A stretch of 64,000 nt of DNA. Source: a virus (lineage: Duplodnaviria; Caudoviricetes). Positions 1 to 10,457 of the stretch are shown here, in pieces. The DNA is taken from the IMG/VR virus record IMGVR_UViG_3300030055_000003, one strand, 5' to 3'. Both the position numbers and the translations under genes were made by a program. Under the pieces are notes generated by a model. That model worked only from the letters and a program-made list of their open reading frames with translations, did no database searches and was not told where the DNA came from. How positions within the stretch are numbered: position 1 is the first letter of the stretch; each line of letters begins with the position of its first letter.

Positions 1-1263
1 TGTTTTAGGTTGTCTTATTTCAACTGGACTACCACAACATGTACAAATAGTAGGATATATTATATCTTTAATATCTTCATTATTTAAACTTTCATCAACG
101 ATTCCTGTTACCTCTGGAATTACGTCATTGCTTCTTCTTATGAAAATTTCTGAGTTTATTTTAATTCTTTTTCTTTCAATATCATCAATATTATTTAAGG
201 TTGCTTGTTTAACTGTAACTCCCATTAATTCTACTGGCTCTATTTTCGCTTTTGGGTTCAGTCTTCCATATCTAGAAACATTCCATTCTACATCTAAAAG
301 TTTTGTAGTTGTCTCTTCTGCTTCGTACTTGTAAGCTAGAGAAAAACGTGGAAACTTTTCAGTATATCCCATTAAATTTCTTGTAGCTAAATCATTAATT
401 GCAATTACGCAACCATCAATATCGTACGGAAGATTTAGTCTTTGTTCTTCTATATTATCTATAGCTTTAATAATATCTTCATATGTATTACAAACAGTAT
501 AATCTGTTACTGGTAATCCTCTATAAGACATATAATCTAATTGTTGTTGATAAGTTTGAAAATCTTTTTCTATATTATTTAAATTATAAAAATATATCAT
601 CAATTTTCTTTTAGCAGTTTCTTTAGTATCTAAATTTCTAATTGCACCAGCGACACTATTTCTGCAATTTTTTAATTGGTCTGTATATTTTTTATTGTAT
701 TCTATAAGAGCTTTCTTTGGCATAATGCATTCTCCATGTGGAGATAAGGAATTTGTTAGTTTGTCATTATCTTTTAATTGTATAGGTAAGTTTATAATGG
801 ATTTTGATTGTTCTGTAACATTTTCTCCAATTATTCCATCTTTGCCTCTTGTAGAACCTTGTACAAAATTAATATTATCATAATCAGTTTCAACAGTGAG
901 TCCATCATATTTCTTAGTTAAAATGTATTTTAATTGCGGTAATTTATTAGTATGAGAACTATTATATTCTTTTATGAAATTTTCATTTTTAGTTAACCAA
1001 TATTTTATTTCTTCAAATGAATTTGATTTATCTAATGACCATAGTTTAGTTTTTCTTTCTACTTTTTCAAATCCTTCTAATATTTCACCACCTACTTTTT
1101 GAGTAGGACTGTTTGGTAATATATTTTTCATTTCTTTTTCTAGTTTAATTAATTTATCATATTCATCGTCCCATTCCTTATCACCTACTGATGGATTGTC
1201 TAAGCTGTAATACTCATAATTCCACCTGTTTAGTTTTTCAATAAGTTCTAACATCTCTTCCAT
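1..1263 (-). CDS. ligA: NAD-dependent DNA ligase (runs off the window start; C-terminus missing)
   Basis: Not in the ORF track; translated by hand from ATG at 1263 (RBS GAAGGAG upstream): MEEMLELIEKLNRWNYEYYSLDNPSVGDKEWD..SPTQKVGG..KYDG (adenylation Lys, about 901-912)..RNSVAGAIR..DIDGCV..LAYK..ATLNN..RRSNDVIP..CTCC. Confidence 0.95.
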   Translation of the reverse strand, partial: MEEMLELIEKLNRWNYEYYSLDNPSVGDKEWDDEYDKLIKLEKEMKNILPNSPTQKVGGEILEGFEKVERKTKLWSLDKSNSFEEIKYWLTKNENFIKEYNSSHTNKLPQLKYILTKKYDGLTVETDYDNINFVQGSTRGKDGIIGENVTEQSKSIINLPIQLKDNDKLTNSLSPHGECIMPKKALIEYNKKYTDQLKNCRNSVAGAIRNLDTKETAKRKLMIYFYNLNNIEKDFQTYQQQLDYMSYRGLPVTDYTVCNTYEDIIKAIDNIEEQRLNLPYDIDGCVIAINDLATRNLMGYTEKFPRFSLAYKYEAEETTTKLLDVEWNVSRYGRLNPKAKIEPVELMGVTVKQATLNNIDDIERKRIKINSEIFIRRSNDVIPEVTGIVDESLNNEDIKDIIYPTICTCCGSPVEIRQPKT

Positions 1264-1366
1264 TTTTCTCTATCTCCTTCATTATATTAATTTGTTAATA
1301 ATTGTATTATGTAATATAATCTGTAAGGGCTTGTACTATTTAGAATTTAATTTCCCTTACAAGACT

Positions 1367-1395
1367 ATCTTACTACTTTATGAATATAATGTCAA
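1367..1395 (-). promoter_or_regulatory. sigmaA-type promoter upstream of ligA
   Basis: TTGACA (1395-1390), 17-bp spacer, TAAGAT (1372-1367). Confidence 0.7.
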
Positions 1396-1426
1396 ACTAT
1401 TTATGTTAATTTGTTTAAATATTAAT

Positions 1427-2998
1427 TTAACCTAATCTTAAATAGTTATTTGTACCACTAGTGATTCTTAATCCATCATATTCTTGTACTGTTAATCCAA
1501 AATCCTTGACTAATTTCTTTTCTGTCTCGTCCATATCTTCATATTTTTTAGTAGCAAAATCTGGGGGCAACCAATTCTTACCTTTTCCACTCAAAATATT
1601 GAAAATCTCGAGATGTTGTTTATTTTTGTATTTGATATGAATAGTTTGTTTTTGATAACAATCTAAAATGAAATGCTCAGTTTCTATATTCTTATCACAT
1701 CGTTTAATTGCTTCAACTATCTCATTTGTATCAATATTATATTTTGTTCCTTTTATATTGTTGAATATTATGTTCAAATCATTTAATGTATCAGGAACTC
1801 TATAAAGATAATTACCATAGTATCCTATGATTGATTTATTATTTATCTTGTAACAACTGTTAGTTTTCCACCCAGAGAAAAGATAAATATTTTTATTCCA
1901 CATTGTATCAGAATAATAGCTTTTATAAGTTAAATCATCAAATACTCTAGCTACAGTTTCTTCATAGCTTTTTGGTATAGCCTGTATTAATTCTTCATAG
2001 AAATATCTAACATTCTCTATTGTAAAAGCTATATTCTGTTGTTTTTCCATATTACACGAAAAATTATCTCTCAACTTAGTAGGTAGTTTCTTTTTAAATT
2101 CTGTTTCTTCAATAAATTTATTCCAATATTTTAGTGTTAAATGTGCTATAAATCCATTAACAGTTAATTTATCAGCATGAACTTTATCATCACATAATCT
2201 TATTACATTTTCAACACCAAAGCCTGAAAGCAATTTACTAACTCTCATTTGTTCTTTAAATAATTCAATAGAAGCATTTTTAGCAACGTTAAATTCAAAA
2301 ACTAACTTTTCTAATTTATTCATATTCGGTATTAGAGATTGCAGATTATTAATATGAATATTGGGATTTTCCCTTTTAAATTCTCTTTCAAACATAGTTT
2401 CAGTATTGGACATTGGAACATTTATATATACCATTGCAGTTTCTACATCTGTTTCTCTTTCTGATTCACTAAAAGCATTTTGTATGTATTCTATATCGCC
2501 ATCATATTGTTCTATAAGACTTATAAGCTTCTTTCTAGTATTATTATATGGATTTTTAAGAGTCTCTGCATTAAGTAAGCATAATACTCTTCCACCGACT
2601 CTTTCTTGTGTCTCTATAGCTTTTAAACAATGTTTATCTCCTTCAGAATAAGGAGGATTCATTATTATTAAGTCATAGAATTTAGGTGGATCGAATGTAA
2701 GAAAGTTATCCCATACAACATTATATTTCTGTCCTCTTAATAAATTATTTAAATTTTCATCAAATTCAATAACATCAAATTTTAAATAATCCTTTGCTTT
2801 CTTTCCATAGGAAATCATTCTTCTACAATTAGTTTCGTAGTATTCTTCATATGCCTGTACTATATCTCCTTTTCCGCATGAAGGCTCTAGAATATGTTGG
2901 ATTGAAGCAAGACTTAGTTGTTCTTCTTTAAGTTTATCTAACATTTTATATATTAATTTTTTTGGTGTTGGGTAAAAATCTTTATTTTCTGTAAACAT
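1427..2998 (-). CDS. SAM-dependent DNA methyltransferase with DUF4942-like C-terminal region
   Basis: DFYPTP, motif I LEPSCGKG, motif IV IIMNPPY; C-terminal region ending WLPPDF typical of DUF4942 proteins; no adjacent restriction nuclease. Confidence 0.8.
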   Translation of the reverse strand: MFTENKDFYPTPKKLIYKMLDKLKEEQLSLASIQHILEPSCGKGDIVQAYEEYYETNCRRMISYGKKAKDYLKFDVIEFDENLNNLLRGQKYNVVWDNFLTFDPPKFYDLIIMNPPYSEGDKHCLKAIETQERVGGRVLCLLNAETLKNPYNNTRKKLISLIEQYDGDIEYIQNAFSESERETDVETAMVYINVPMSNTETMFEREFKRENPNIHINNLQSLIPNMNKLEKLVFEFNVAKNASIELFKEQMRVSKLLSGFGVENVIRLCDDKVHADKLTVNGFIAHLTLKYWNKFIEETEFKKKLPTKLRDNFSCNMEKQQNIAFTIENVRYFYEELIQAIPKSYEETVARVFDDLTYKSYYSDTMWNKNIYLFSGWKTNSCYKINNKSIIGYYGNYLYRVPDTLNDLNIIFNNIKGTKYNIDTNEIVEAIKRCDKNIETEHFILDCYQKQTIHIKYKNKQHLEIFNILSGKGKNWLPPDFATKKYEDMDETEKKLVKDFGLTVQEYDGLRITSGTNNYLRLG

Positions 2999-3050
2999 CT
3001 TTTAAAATCTCCTTTTTATTATATTATATTAATTTATTAACCTCTTATTT

Positions 3051-3079
3051 ATAATAGCATCTTTGGAATAATAATGCAA
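3051..3079 (-). promoter_or_regulatory. sigmaA-type promoter for the methyltransferase
   Basis: TTGCAT (3079-3074), 17-bp spacer, TATTAT (3056-3051). Confidence 0.5.
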
Positions 3080-3108
3080 TATGTTTATATTAATTTATTA
3101 ACTTGTTA

Positions 3109-3141
3109 TAAAAGAAAAGACAGAACTTTTACATTCTGCCT
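3109..3141 (-). terminator. Rho-independent terminator
   Basis: AGGCAGAAT-GTAAAA-GTTCTGTCT followed by TTTCTTTT, just after the 3150-3374 stop. Confidence 0.7.
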
Positions 3142-3149
3142 AACTCAAT

Positions 3150-3374
3150 CTATTTTATCTCTTTATTATCGTGCTTATATATCTCAGCCATAAATCGGTT
3201 ATTTAATAATGCTAAAATAGTTCCTAATACGACTATTACACATGATATTGAAATGGTATCACATCCAATAAATAGTTTAAATAGTGTTGCAATAGTTAAT
3301 ACTGACCCGACTATATTAATAAATGCACTTAGCATACAACCTAGTGTTTTTAAAATACGTTTTAATACTTTCAT
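3150..3374 (-). CDS. small membrane protein (2 predicted TM helices)
   Basis: Two hydrophobic stretches; RBS AAAGGAG upstream. Confidence 0.6.
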   Translation of the reverse strand: MKVLKRILKTLGCMLSAFINIVGSVLTIATLFKLFIGCDTISISCVIVVLGTILALLNNRFMAEIYKHDNKEIK

Positions 3375-3490
3375 TATTTACTCTCCTTTTCTATTTCTTT
3401 TTTTAATTTATTTACAACCTTTTAAAAGTATGATTTTAACTGAATTTACCAACTTGGGAGGCTAGTAATAGCCCCATTTATAAATCCAAA

Positions 3491-3982
3491 TTATTCTAAA
3501 TCTACTTTATTTTCTGTAGTTATTGAACCTTTTGCGATATGTATGTTATATTTTTTATTAGCATCAGTCTTTTCTCCTAATAACCATTTAATAGTTCCAT
3601 TTGTATAGTATTCTGTGTATTCTTCTATTAAAGAATTACCATCCTCAGTTATTATAGTATCTGATTGTCGTGTTTCTATATATTTAGATTTATTATCTTC
3701 TGTATAAACTTTAAATTTATTATTGTCATTTTCGATTATCAAACTGTAATTATCTTTGTTATATATTTCATTCTCATATGTTTTAATATAGGTTTTATTT
3801 GAGAAAGCACCCATTATGGTTGTTAATATTACTAAGATAATAAATGTTACAATTGATAGAAAAATTCCAGCAACAAATAATTCTTTTATTGTTCCAAATT
3901 CAAAATTGTCTTCTTTAATAAAAAGGAATAAACCACCTCCAAATGTTAATAATCCAATTATCCAAACTAAATGCCAAATCAT
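3491..3982 (-). CDS. membrane-anchored hypothetical protein
   Basis: Two N-terminal hydrophobic helices followed by a soluble domain. Confidence 0.65.
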   Translation of the reverse strand: MIWHLVWIIGLLTFGGGLFLFIKEDNFEFGTIKELFVAGIFLSIVTFIILVILTTIMGAFSNKTYIKTYENEIYNKDNYSLIIENDNNKFKVYTEDNKSKYIETRQSDTIITEDGNSLIEEYTEYYTNGTIKWLLGEKTDANKKYNIHIAKGSITTENKVDLE

Positions 3983-3984
3983 AA

Positions 3985-4743
3985 TTATATCCCCCTATTA
4001 CTAGAACCATATGCACCAGTTCCTCTATCTGTTGTGTCAGTAAATTCATCTACTTCCTTCCAACTAATTTTAGGAACAAATCTTAATACTCCTTGACATA
4101 TTGCCTTACCTTTTTTGATTTCAATAGGTGTGTCTCCTATATTGTCACATATAACTCCTATATCACCTCTAAATCCTTCATCAATTGTAGATGGAGCATT
4201 AGCTATTCTTAGTTTAGTCTTTAATGAGTTCCCACTCTTAGGTCTAAGTTGTAATTCATAACATCTAGGTAATGCTATAGCTATTCCTGTTGGGATTGCA
4301 ACTGTTTCATGTGGTTGAATAATAACATCTTCCATTGCAAATATATCCATTCCACTATCTGTATCATGTGCGTATGTGGGAATAATAGCATCTTTATGTA
4401 ATTTCATAATCCTAACATCTACTATTTCTTCACCTCTATAAGTCCCATTCTTTACTATTCTTGATTCTACCATTGTTATATCTATTGTTGATTCTACCAT
4501 TGTTATATCTATTGTTGATTTACCATTAGTATTTCTAATCACATCATCTTTCTTCATGCTATTATTTATTAATTGTTGTAGGACTTCTTCTATTTCTTGT
4601 AAAGTTAATGTATCTAAGACCTCATAACTACTTCCTCCTTGCCCATATACTTCTATTATTTCAATTTCATTAGCTAATTCACTTATTGCATCCTCTTTTG
4701 TATATCCTTCAAATAGGTCTAAAACTTTTTCATAATTTGTCAT
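3985..4743 (-). CDS. dut: trimeric dUTPase with acidic N-terminal extension
   Basis: Motifs SGMDI, RPKSG, TIDEGFRGDI, KAICQGV, RGTGAYGSS. Start moved from 4806 to ATG 4743 because GGAGAG RBS precedes it. Confidence 0.92.
   Translation of the reverse strand: MTNYEKVLDLFEGYTKEDAISELANEIEIIEVYGQGGSSYEVLDTLTLQEIEEVLQQLINNSMKKDDVIRNTNGKSTIDITMVESTIDITMVESRIVKNGTYRGEEIVDVRIMKLHKDAIIPTYAHDTDSGMDIFAMEDVIIQPHETVAIPTGIAIALPRCYELQLRPKSGNSLKTKLRIANAPSTIDEGFRGDIGVICDNIGDTPIEIKKGKAICQGVLRFVPKISWKEVDEFTDTTDRGTGAYGSSNRGI
4461..4520. repeat. 27-bp tandem duplication inside dut
   Basis: ttgattctaccattgttatatctattg x2 plus 6 nt; encodes STIDITMVE twice. Confidence 0.95.
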
Positions 4744-4826
4744 TATAAATCTCTCCTTCAATCTTTTATATTTTGTTAATTTATATATCCGTCTACATAA
4801 CTGCATTTGTGAATAACTGTAGATAC

Positions 4827-5078
4827 TTAGTTGTCTTTTGCTAAATCATTCCAATCATCATATGTATAAATCTTATCAAGTTCTTTTTGAATATCAACTA
4901 TTGTTTCTTCTATATTTCCTACAAGTTTATTTTCTTCTTCGGTATATTCATTTGACATTGATTCAGCATTAGCTAATATATCATTAGTGATTTTAGATAC
5001 ATTTTTTTCTAGTATCTCTTTTATCTTATCCATACTTTCTTTTAATCTTGTTAATTCTTCTAGCATAAATGAATTCAT
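4827..5078 (-). CDS. hypothetical coiled-coil protein
   Basis: ORF track; acidic heptad pattern. Confidence 0.6.
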   Translation of the reverse strand: MNSFMLEELTRLKESMDKIKEILEKNVSKITNDILANAESMSNEYTEEENKLVGNIEETIVDIQKELDKIYTYDDWNDLAKDN

Positions 5079-5105
5079 TATTAGTTTTCACATCCTTAAT
5101 AATTA

Positions 5106-5675
5106 TTACGAATTTGTATATTTTCTCATATCGTAATGAGAACCTCTTTTTATTATGATTGGTTCTAATCCTAAGTGTCTCCATCTTATAGCAGTAGCAA
5201 TGCTTGAAACTACAGTTGGAGATATATCGTACATCTTAGCGACATCTTTATAAAGTATAGTACCTGATTTACATAAAGTATGTATTTCTTTAACTTTTTC
5301 GTCTGTTAATTTATTCATATAATTATTTGTACCACTTCTTTGTTGTAATTTTAATACTTCATGCTCTTGATTCTCTTTTTTAGTAACCCATTCTAAATTA
5401 CTATCATAATTGTGATACTTAATTCCATCAATATGATTAACTTCTTGTCCATCTTTTGGTTTACCTATGAACAAATAAGCGACTGCCCTATGTACACTTC
5501 CAGCATGAAATCCATCATTAAATGTTATACTGCATTGTAAATAGCCATCTTTATTAGGTTTACAATTTAATAATTTACCTTTCTTCCCTATAATCCTTCC
5601 CATATTTGATACTTCATAGCCATTGTTTATTATCCATACTTCGTTTTCTAAATCTTCTATATATTCTTTTCTCAT
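5106..5675 (-). CDS. free-standing HNH homing endonuclease (NUMOD4-like N-terminus, C-terminal HTH)
   Basis: YEVSNMGRI; VHRAVAYLF..VNHIDGIKYHNYDSNLEWVT..N; C-terminal LTDEKVKEI..VAKMYDIS. Confidence 0.9.
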   Translation of the reverse strand: MRKEYIEDLENEVWIINNGYEVSNMGRIIGKKGKLLNCKPNKDGYLQCSITFNDGFHAGSVHRAVAYLFIGKPKDGQEVNHIDGIKYHNYDSNLEWVTKKENQEHEVLKLQQRSGTNNYMNKLTDEKVKEIHTLCKSGTILYKDVAKMYDISPTVVSSIATAIRWRHLGLEPIIIKRGSHYDMRKYTNS

Positions 5676-5731
5676 TTAATTTATTTAACTCTCCTTTCTA
5701 AAAAGTCCATAACATGTAGTTTTTAACAGGT

Positions 5732-6417
5732 TTATTTTGCTTCATATATTGATATATGTGTGGGTTTATAATCATTTTCATCAACTTTATAAACCATATC
5801 GTTCCATTCAAAATATGGATATCCTGTTTGCTTTACTAATTCAAAGAAAATATTTATGTTCCCTATAAATATGTATTTGGATAATAATATTTCTTCCTTT
5901 TTAATATTTGTTTGTTGTTTTATATTCATTTTAATCATCCTCGCTTTGTTTATATTAATTTATTAACTACCCTTAAAATATCTGCTTTATTGTGACTTTA
6001 ACCTATAGTAGCTTCTAATTTACTTCTAACGCCATCTTTTACTTGTGTATATTTGTAATGCGGAGCATTGTCTTCATTAATTAATGAGTTCATATATTCT
6101 CCAGTCATCTTTCGAGAAATACTTAATAGTAAATCATCGCAAGCTACATCATAAAAGATAATATAATCACTTGTAGTACCTTCAACTTGTGTCCAATATA
6201 CTAATAGGTTATCATTTGTATTCAGTTCATTAATCAAATAATCATAAGCCTTATCTCGTATTGCACCACATACACTATCTATATCACAAGTCTTATCATA
6301 TGAAAATATAATGGTATTATTGTTGTCTGTATTTCTATATACTGCAAATCTTCCTTTTGAGTTAATTAAATCTAATTCGTAATTTAAATTTCTTAATCCT
6401 AAAATCTTTTCTTTCAT
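5732..6417 (-). CDS. two hypothetical phage proteins (5732-5938, 5998-6417)
   Basis: ORF track, with RBS and matching strand and codon style. Confidence 0.55.
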
Positions 6418-6433
6418 TTTTACATATCTCCCT

Positions 6434-6799
6434 TTATTTTATAGTTTTCATTAAATCATCTAATATTATATTATTTGGTAATCCTTTTGATTTTAACTTT
6501 AAATAATAGTCTACATTTTCTTTCATATGGAATACTGTACATTTCTCACAAGCAAAAACTTCTTTATTATTTCCTTCGGCATCTATATATTGTAATAAGT
6601 ATCCACCCCATAAAGTATTTTGTATCTTACAACATTCTTCATATAAAGGACAGTAACACATTCTACAATCATACTTATTATCAGATATATTTGAATGACA
6701 TGGATACCAATAACAATTAGTTCTAAGATTTAAATTATTAGTATTGGTTTTAATCTTCATATAGGAATTCCATTGCTTCTTCAAAAGTTTCAAATACAT
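6434..6799 (-). CDS. cysteine-rich small domain (zf-like) protein
   Basis: CYWYPCH..DCRMCYCPLYEEC..ACEKCTVFH matches the cysteine-rich small domain pattern; real start probably about 6762. Confidence 0.75.
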   Translation of the reverse strand: MYLKLLKKQWNSYMKIKTNTNNLNLRTNCYWYPCHSNISDNKYDCRMCYCPLYEECCKIQNTLWGGYLLQYIDAEGNNKEVFACEKCTVFHMKENVDYYLKLKSKGLPNNIILDDLMKTIK

Positions 6800-6967
6800 A
6801 ATCTTCGTTTATTAATACATGTTCTTTTAAATGGTTATCATATAGATTAATTATTGGGAGACAAGAGCTAGTAATTCTAACATAGCCCTTGAACACTCCT
6901 TCCTTAATCTTGAAATCACCATCTATATAATATATATCTTGGTTGCTTTCAAACATAATTTAATCTC

Positions 6968-9900
6968 CTATTCACATTTAGTAAAGCCACAATCTACACA
7001 ACTTATACATCCACCAGAATGTTCTAGTTCATGTCCACATTCGGGGCATTTATTAAATCTTAATGCAAATGCAATATCCCCATTATCTTTTTTAAACTTT
7101 AATTCTTCATCTGTAAAGTTTGCTTTAGTTTCTACCATTTGTTCATTTAATTTATTTATTACTTCTATGGTTTGATTTGATATTTCTTTTAAAAATGTTT
7201 TTATTTCTCTTAATATAGCAGTTCCACAACTATTACCTTGACTTAATTGTATTCCTTTTGCTCTTTGAGTTGAAAAACTATTGCATCCACCAACACCTTC
7301 AAAAGATTTCTCTATATTGAATAAGTTTCCTCCTAGTCTTAACATACCACTCATTGCTATAACCATTCCTTGAAGATTTCTTTCACATCCTCCAGATCCT
7401 GACCTAATTACATACATGTCTTGTATTGCTTGTTCTGTATTTGACCAACCTATCATTAATTTAAGTTTGCCACAACCTATTTTAACTTTTCTTTCGTAGT
7501 AAACTGTATCCTTAGCTTTTGGCTTCCATTGACCTCTTTCTAAAGTTGATATTAATTCATTAGCTTTTTCTTCTTCTGTTTTTTCAGTAATCATTATACC
7601 TTGTCTTATAGGATTCGGTCTAAATATAGTGCAACCTTTAATTCCATTTTCCCAACAGAATTCATAAACCTTTTTAACATCTTCAAATGGATACTCAGTG
7701 GGGATATTAATAGTTTTACTACATGACATATCTACGTGAAATGCTATAGTTTTAAGAACATCTAAGTGTGCTTGTACAGGTAAATTCATTGCAGTAACAA
7801 AAATATCTTCTTTTACAATACAATCTTTATTACCTTTAATTTCATTCCATACTTTGTAAGCATAATCCTCCATCTTAACTATCTTAATATCATCATCTGA
7901 CTGACCACCTAATTTTACCTTCCTATCATACGATAGACTAAATATAGGTTCTAAGCCAGAACTTGTATTGCTCCCAAAAGTTAATGACATTGTGCCCGTG
8001 GGAGCAACGCTCATAATCTTTGAATTTCTGATGCCATATTTTAATATATCATCAGCTAAATCTATCCATTCATTGTCTTTTTCCATATGTTTTTGAATAT
8101 ATCCACTTTTAATGTACTTTTCTCTATCTAAGAATGGGAAGCCACCTTTTTCTTTAGCTAACTGAACACTTGCCTTAAAGGCTTCTTTTGATATGAAGTT
8201 CATTATTTCATCAATGACTTCTAATGATTCTTTACTTCCGTAAACCATATTTAACATACATAAAGCATCTCCAAGCCCAGTAATTCCAAGCCCTATAGTT
8301 CTAAATGCTTCTTGATAGTTTCTATATATTTCATCTGGGAAGTTATTTATATCAATTATATTATCTAAAAATTTAACTGCACTATGAGTTGTTTCGCTTA
8401 ATTTTTTATAATCAATCTTTGCTTTAGATGTAAAAGGATTATCTATCATATTATGTAAGAATATACTTCCTAGATTACATGCACCACCATAATCGTTACG
8501 GTTTAATGGTTCTTTTGTAATAGGGTTGTTCCCATAAACTGTTCCTGCTAAATACTCAGCACAAGGATTACTACAAACAATATTTTCTATATACCATACT
8601 GTATTATCTTTATTCATGTTATCATAGAAGAAAATCCCTGGCTCTCCATTATCATAAGCTTTCTTCATAATTGAATCCCATAAATATCTTGCACTTATTT
8701 CTTTCTTATATTTCCATTGTGATTCATCTTTTAAGACATATCCTTTATCATCATATACTGGATAGTGTAAGAATATAGTTTCATCTTTTTTAACAGAATT
8801 CATAAAATCATTATCAACCATAACTGTTACATTAAAATGAACTAGTTTTCCTTCATCATAAGATTTTGCATTTATAAAATCTTCAATGTCCATATTATAT
8901 ATTGAGCATACGCCCATATTTGCTCCCATACTGTAATCTTCTATTACTAGAAGTGTCGGACTATATCTTAATTTAATTTATTCAATTAAACCTTGGGTAC
9001 TATTGAGGTTATTAAAATATATTGCTATATCTCCTCTAGTCTCTACACCCTCCTACTCTGTAGGCACGGCTCGGTATTAACTTTTATTCAAAGCTTTCAC
9101 CGAATTCTCCCAATTCTAGACGCAGAGCTTCTGCCTTATTATACTTTCTGTTTAATATTATGAAATTATTATCTGGATATATGTAATGTAAAAATTCTAA
9201 TACTTGTTTTTTTGATGCCATTTCAATTACATAACATTTTTCATTGGCTTTAGGTCTTATTTTACTACTAATATCATTTTTATCTAATATGTTTTGAATT
9301 CCTTCCAACATATGGTATTGTGAAGTAAAACTTATTTTTTGCCAAATTCTATCTCTGTCTTTACGTTTGCCCCATGTTATACAACCTTCTGCATCAAAAA
9401 ACCCTTGAACAAGATATCTTTCTAATCTAGGCTTAATCATTGGAATATGTCTTTCTTCTTTTAATCGTCCACCAAATAGCATTTTTATATCTCTAACAAT
9501 ATGGTTTTCACCTATTTTAAAACCAATATGAGGGAATTGCTTTTTAGTTTTATCTAATTTGTTAGATATATTACTATGCCCTCCTATTTCACTTATCATA
9601 AAGTCTATAATTTCTCTATCATCTAATTGAACATCTATCTCAAATTTATCATCTTTAGATAGACAACCATCTCCTAATAAAAAACCTAATATATAAGCCT
9701 TTTCTTTGGTATCAATTTTATGAAAATAATCTATTTTATAATCAGCAACTTTTGCATATTTATTTAGGTCTTGCAATCCATATTGTTTAATATAATTTAT
9801 TACATTCCAATATTTAATTCCTGTGATTCCTTCTATTTTTCTACTTGAAAAACCTTGTTCTAAGTATTTTGTTAATATTTCCTTTGATAATTGATATTCC

Positions 9901-10407
9901 ATAATAAATCTCTCCTTACTCTTTTACGTATTTGTAATTTTCAAGATACTCGTATAATAACTATTTACGTCTTCCACCTTGAAGTATTGTAGCAGTTTGT
10001 GCATTAAATACATCCATAAAGCTTACATTACCACTTGCTATAGCATCATTAGAAGTAGGAGTTCCTTTTGGTCTTAATTGCGAAAAATCGTAGCCTATTC
10101 CTCCTCCTTTTTGATGTGTTAAAGCTCCTAATTTTACTTTATTAAATATATCTTGTAAATCATCTTGTATTTGTGGGGCAACGAAACAATTATTTAATGT
10201 TAGGGATGTTCCTATTCCACTATTACTCATAGTTCTTCCTGCTGGATAAAATAATCCTTTATCTAATACATTATAAAATTCTTCTGCTTCTTTTTCATTA
10301 GTTGAACAGTAATCACTAACCCTATGTAAATTTTCATCAATTGATTCTCCGTTTTTAGAGTATCTATCTTCCCAAATTTTATAAAGTATTTCATTTTCGA
10401 TTTTCAT
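6968..10407 (-). CDS. nrdJ: adenosylcobalamin-dependent (class II) ribonucleotide reductase, two exons: 10407-9967 and 8926-6968 (about 799 aa spliced)
   Basis: Exon 1: PAGR, TLNNCFV, GGGIGYDFSQLRPKG, QGGRR. Exon 2: GANMG, NPCAE, ACNLGS, APTGT, TSCPD-like domain and C-terminal CPECG..CISCVDCG zinc ribbon; no C-terminal Tyr pair. Joining the exons restores RRGANMG in frame. Confidence 0.93.
8927..9966 (-). ncRNA. group I self-splicing intron (IA-like) in nrdJ, 1040 nt
   Basis: Minus strand shows P (GAATTCGGTGAAA), Q (AATACCGAGC), R (GGTGTAGAGACTA), S (AAGATATAGTC), P3 TTGGG/CCCAA, P8, P9 CTTCTA-GTAA-TAGAAG with GNRA loop and terminal G at 8927. The 5' exon ends in U (CGU) and an in-frame TAG follows. 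P1 pairing is weak by eye. Confidence 0.92.
9084..9902 (-). CDS. intron-encoded double-motif LAGLIDADG homing endonuclease
   Basis: AYILGFLLGDG and LVQGFFDAEG motifs, N-terminal HTH-like segment, RBS TAAGGAG; the 3' end runs into the ribozyme P3/P4 region. Confidence 0.92.
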   Translation of the reverse strand: MEYQLSKEILTKYLEQGFSSRKIEGITGIKYWNVINYIKQYGLQDLNKYAKVADYKIDYFHKIDTKEKAYILGFLLGDGCLSKDDKFEIDVQLDDREIIDFMISEIGGHSNISNKLDKTKKQFPHIGFKIGENHIVRDIKMLFGGRLKEERHIPMIKPRLERYLVQGFFDAEGCITWGKRKDRDRIWQKISFTSQYHMLEGIQNILDKNDISSKIRPKANEKCYVIEMASKKQVLEFLHYIYPDNNFIILNRKYNKAEALRLELGEFGESFE

Positions 10408-10457
10408 ATCATTACCTCTTTCTTTCTATTAATTTATTATATAAACTATTTTCATAG

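Noticed and set aside
4744-4806. ORF-track N-terminus MQLCRR.. of the dUTPase
   Set aside because: The RBS sits before ATG 4743; the upstream codons overlap intergenic sequence.
4791-4826. Hairpin between dut and the upstream gene
   Set aside because: Only TCTACA/TGTAGA pairs, with a large loop and no U-tract; too weak to call.
6968-8929. Independent 653-aa RNR starting at ATG 8929
   Set aside because: That ATG has no RBS and its G is the intron's terminal G; the ORF is exon 2 of nrdJ.
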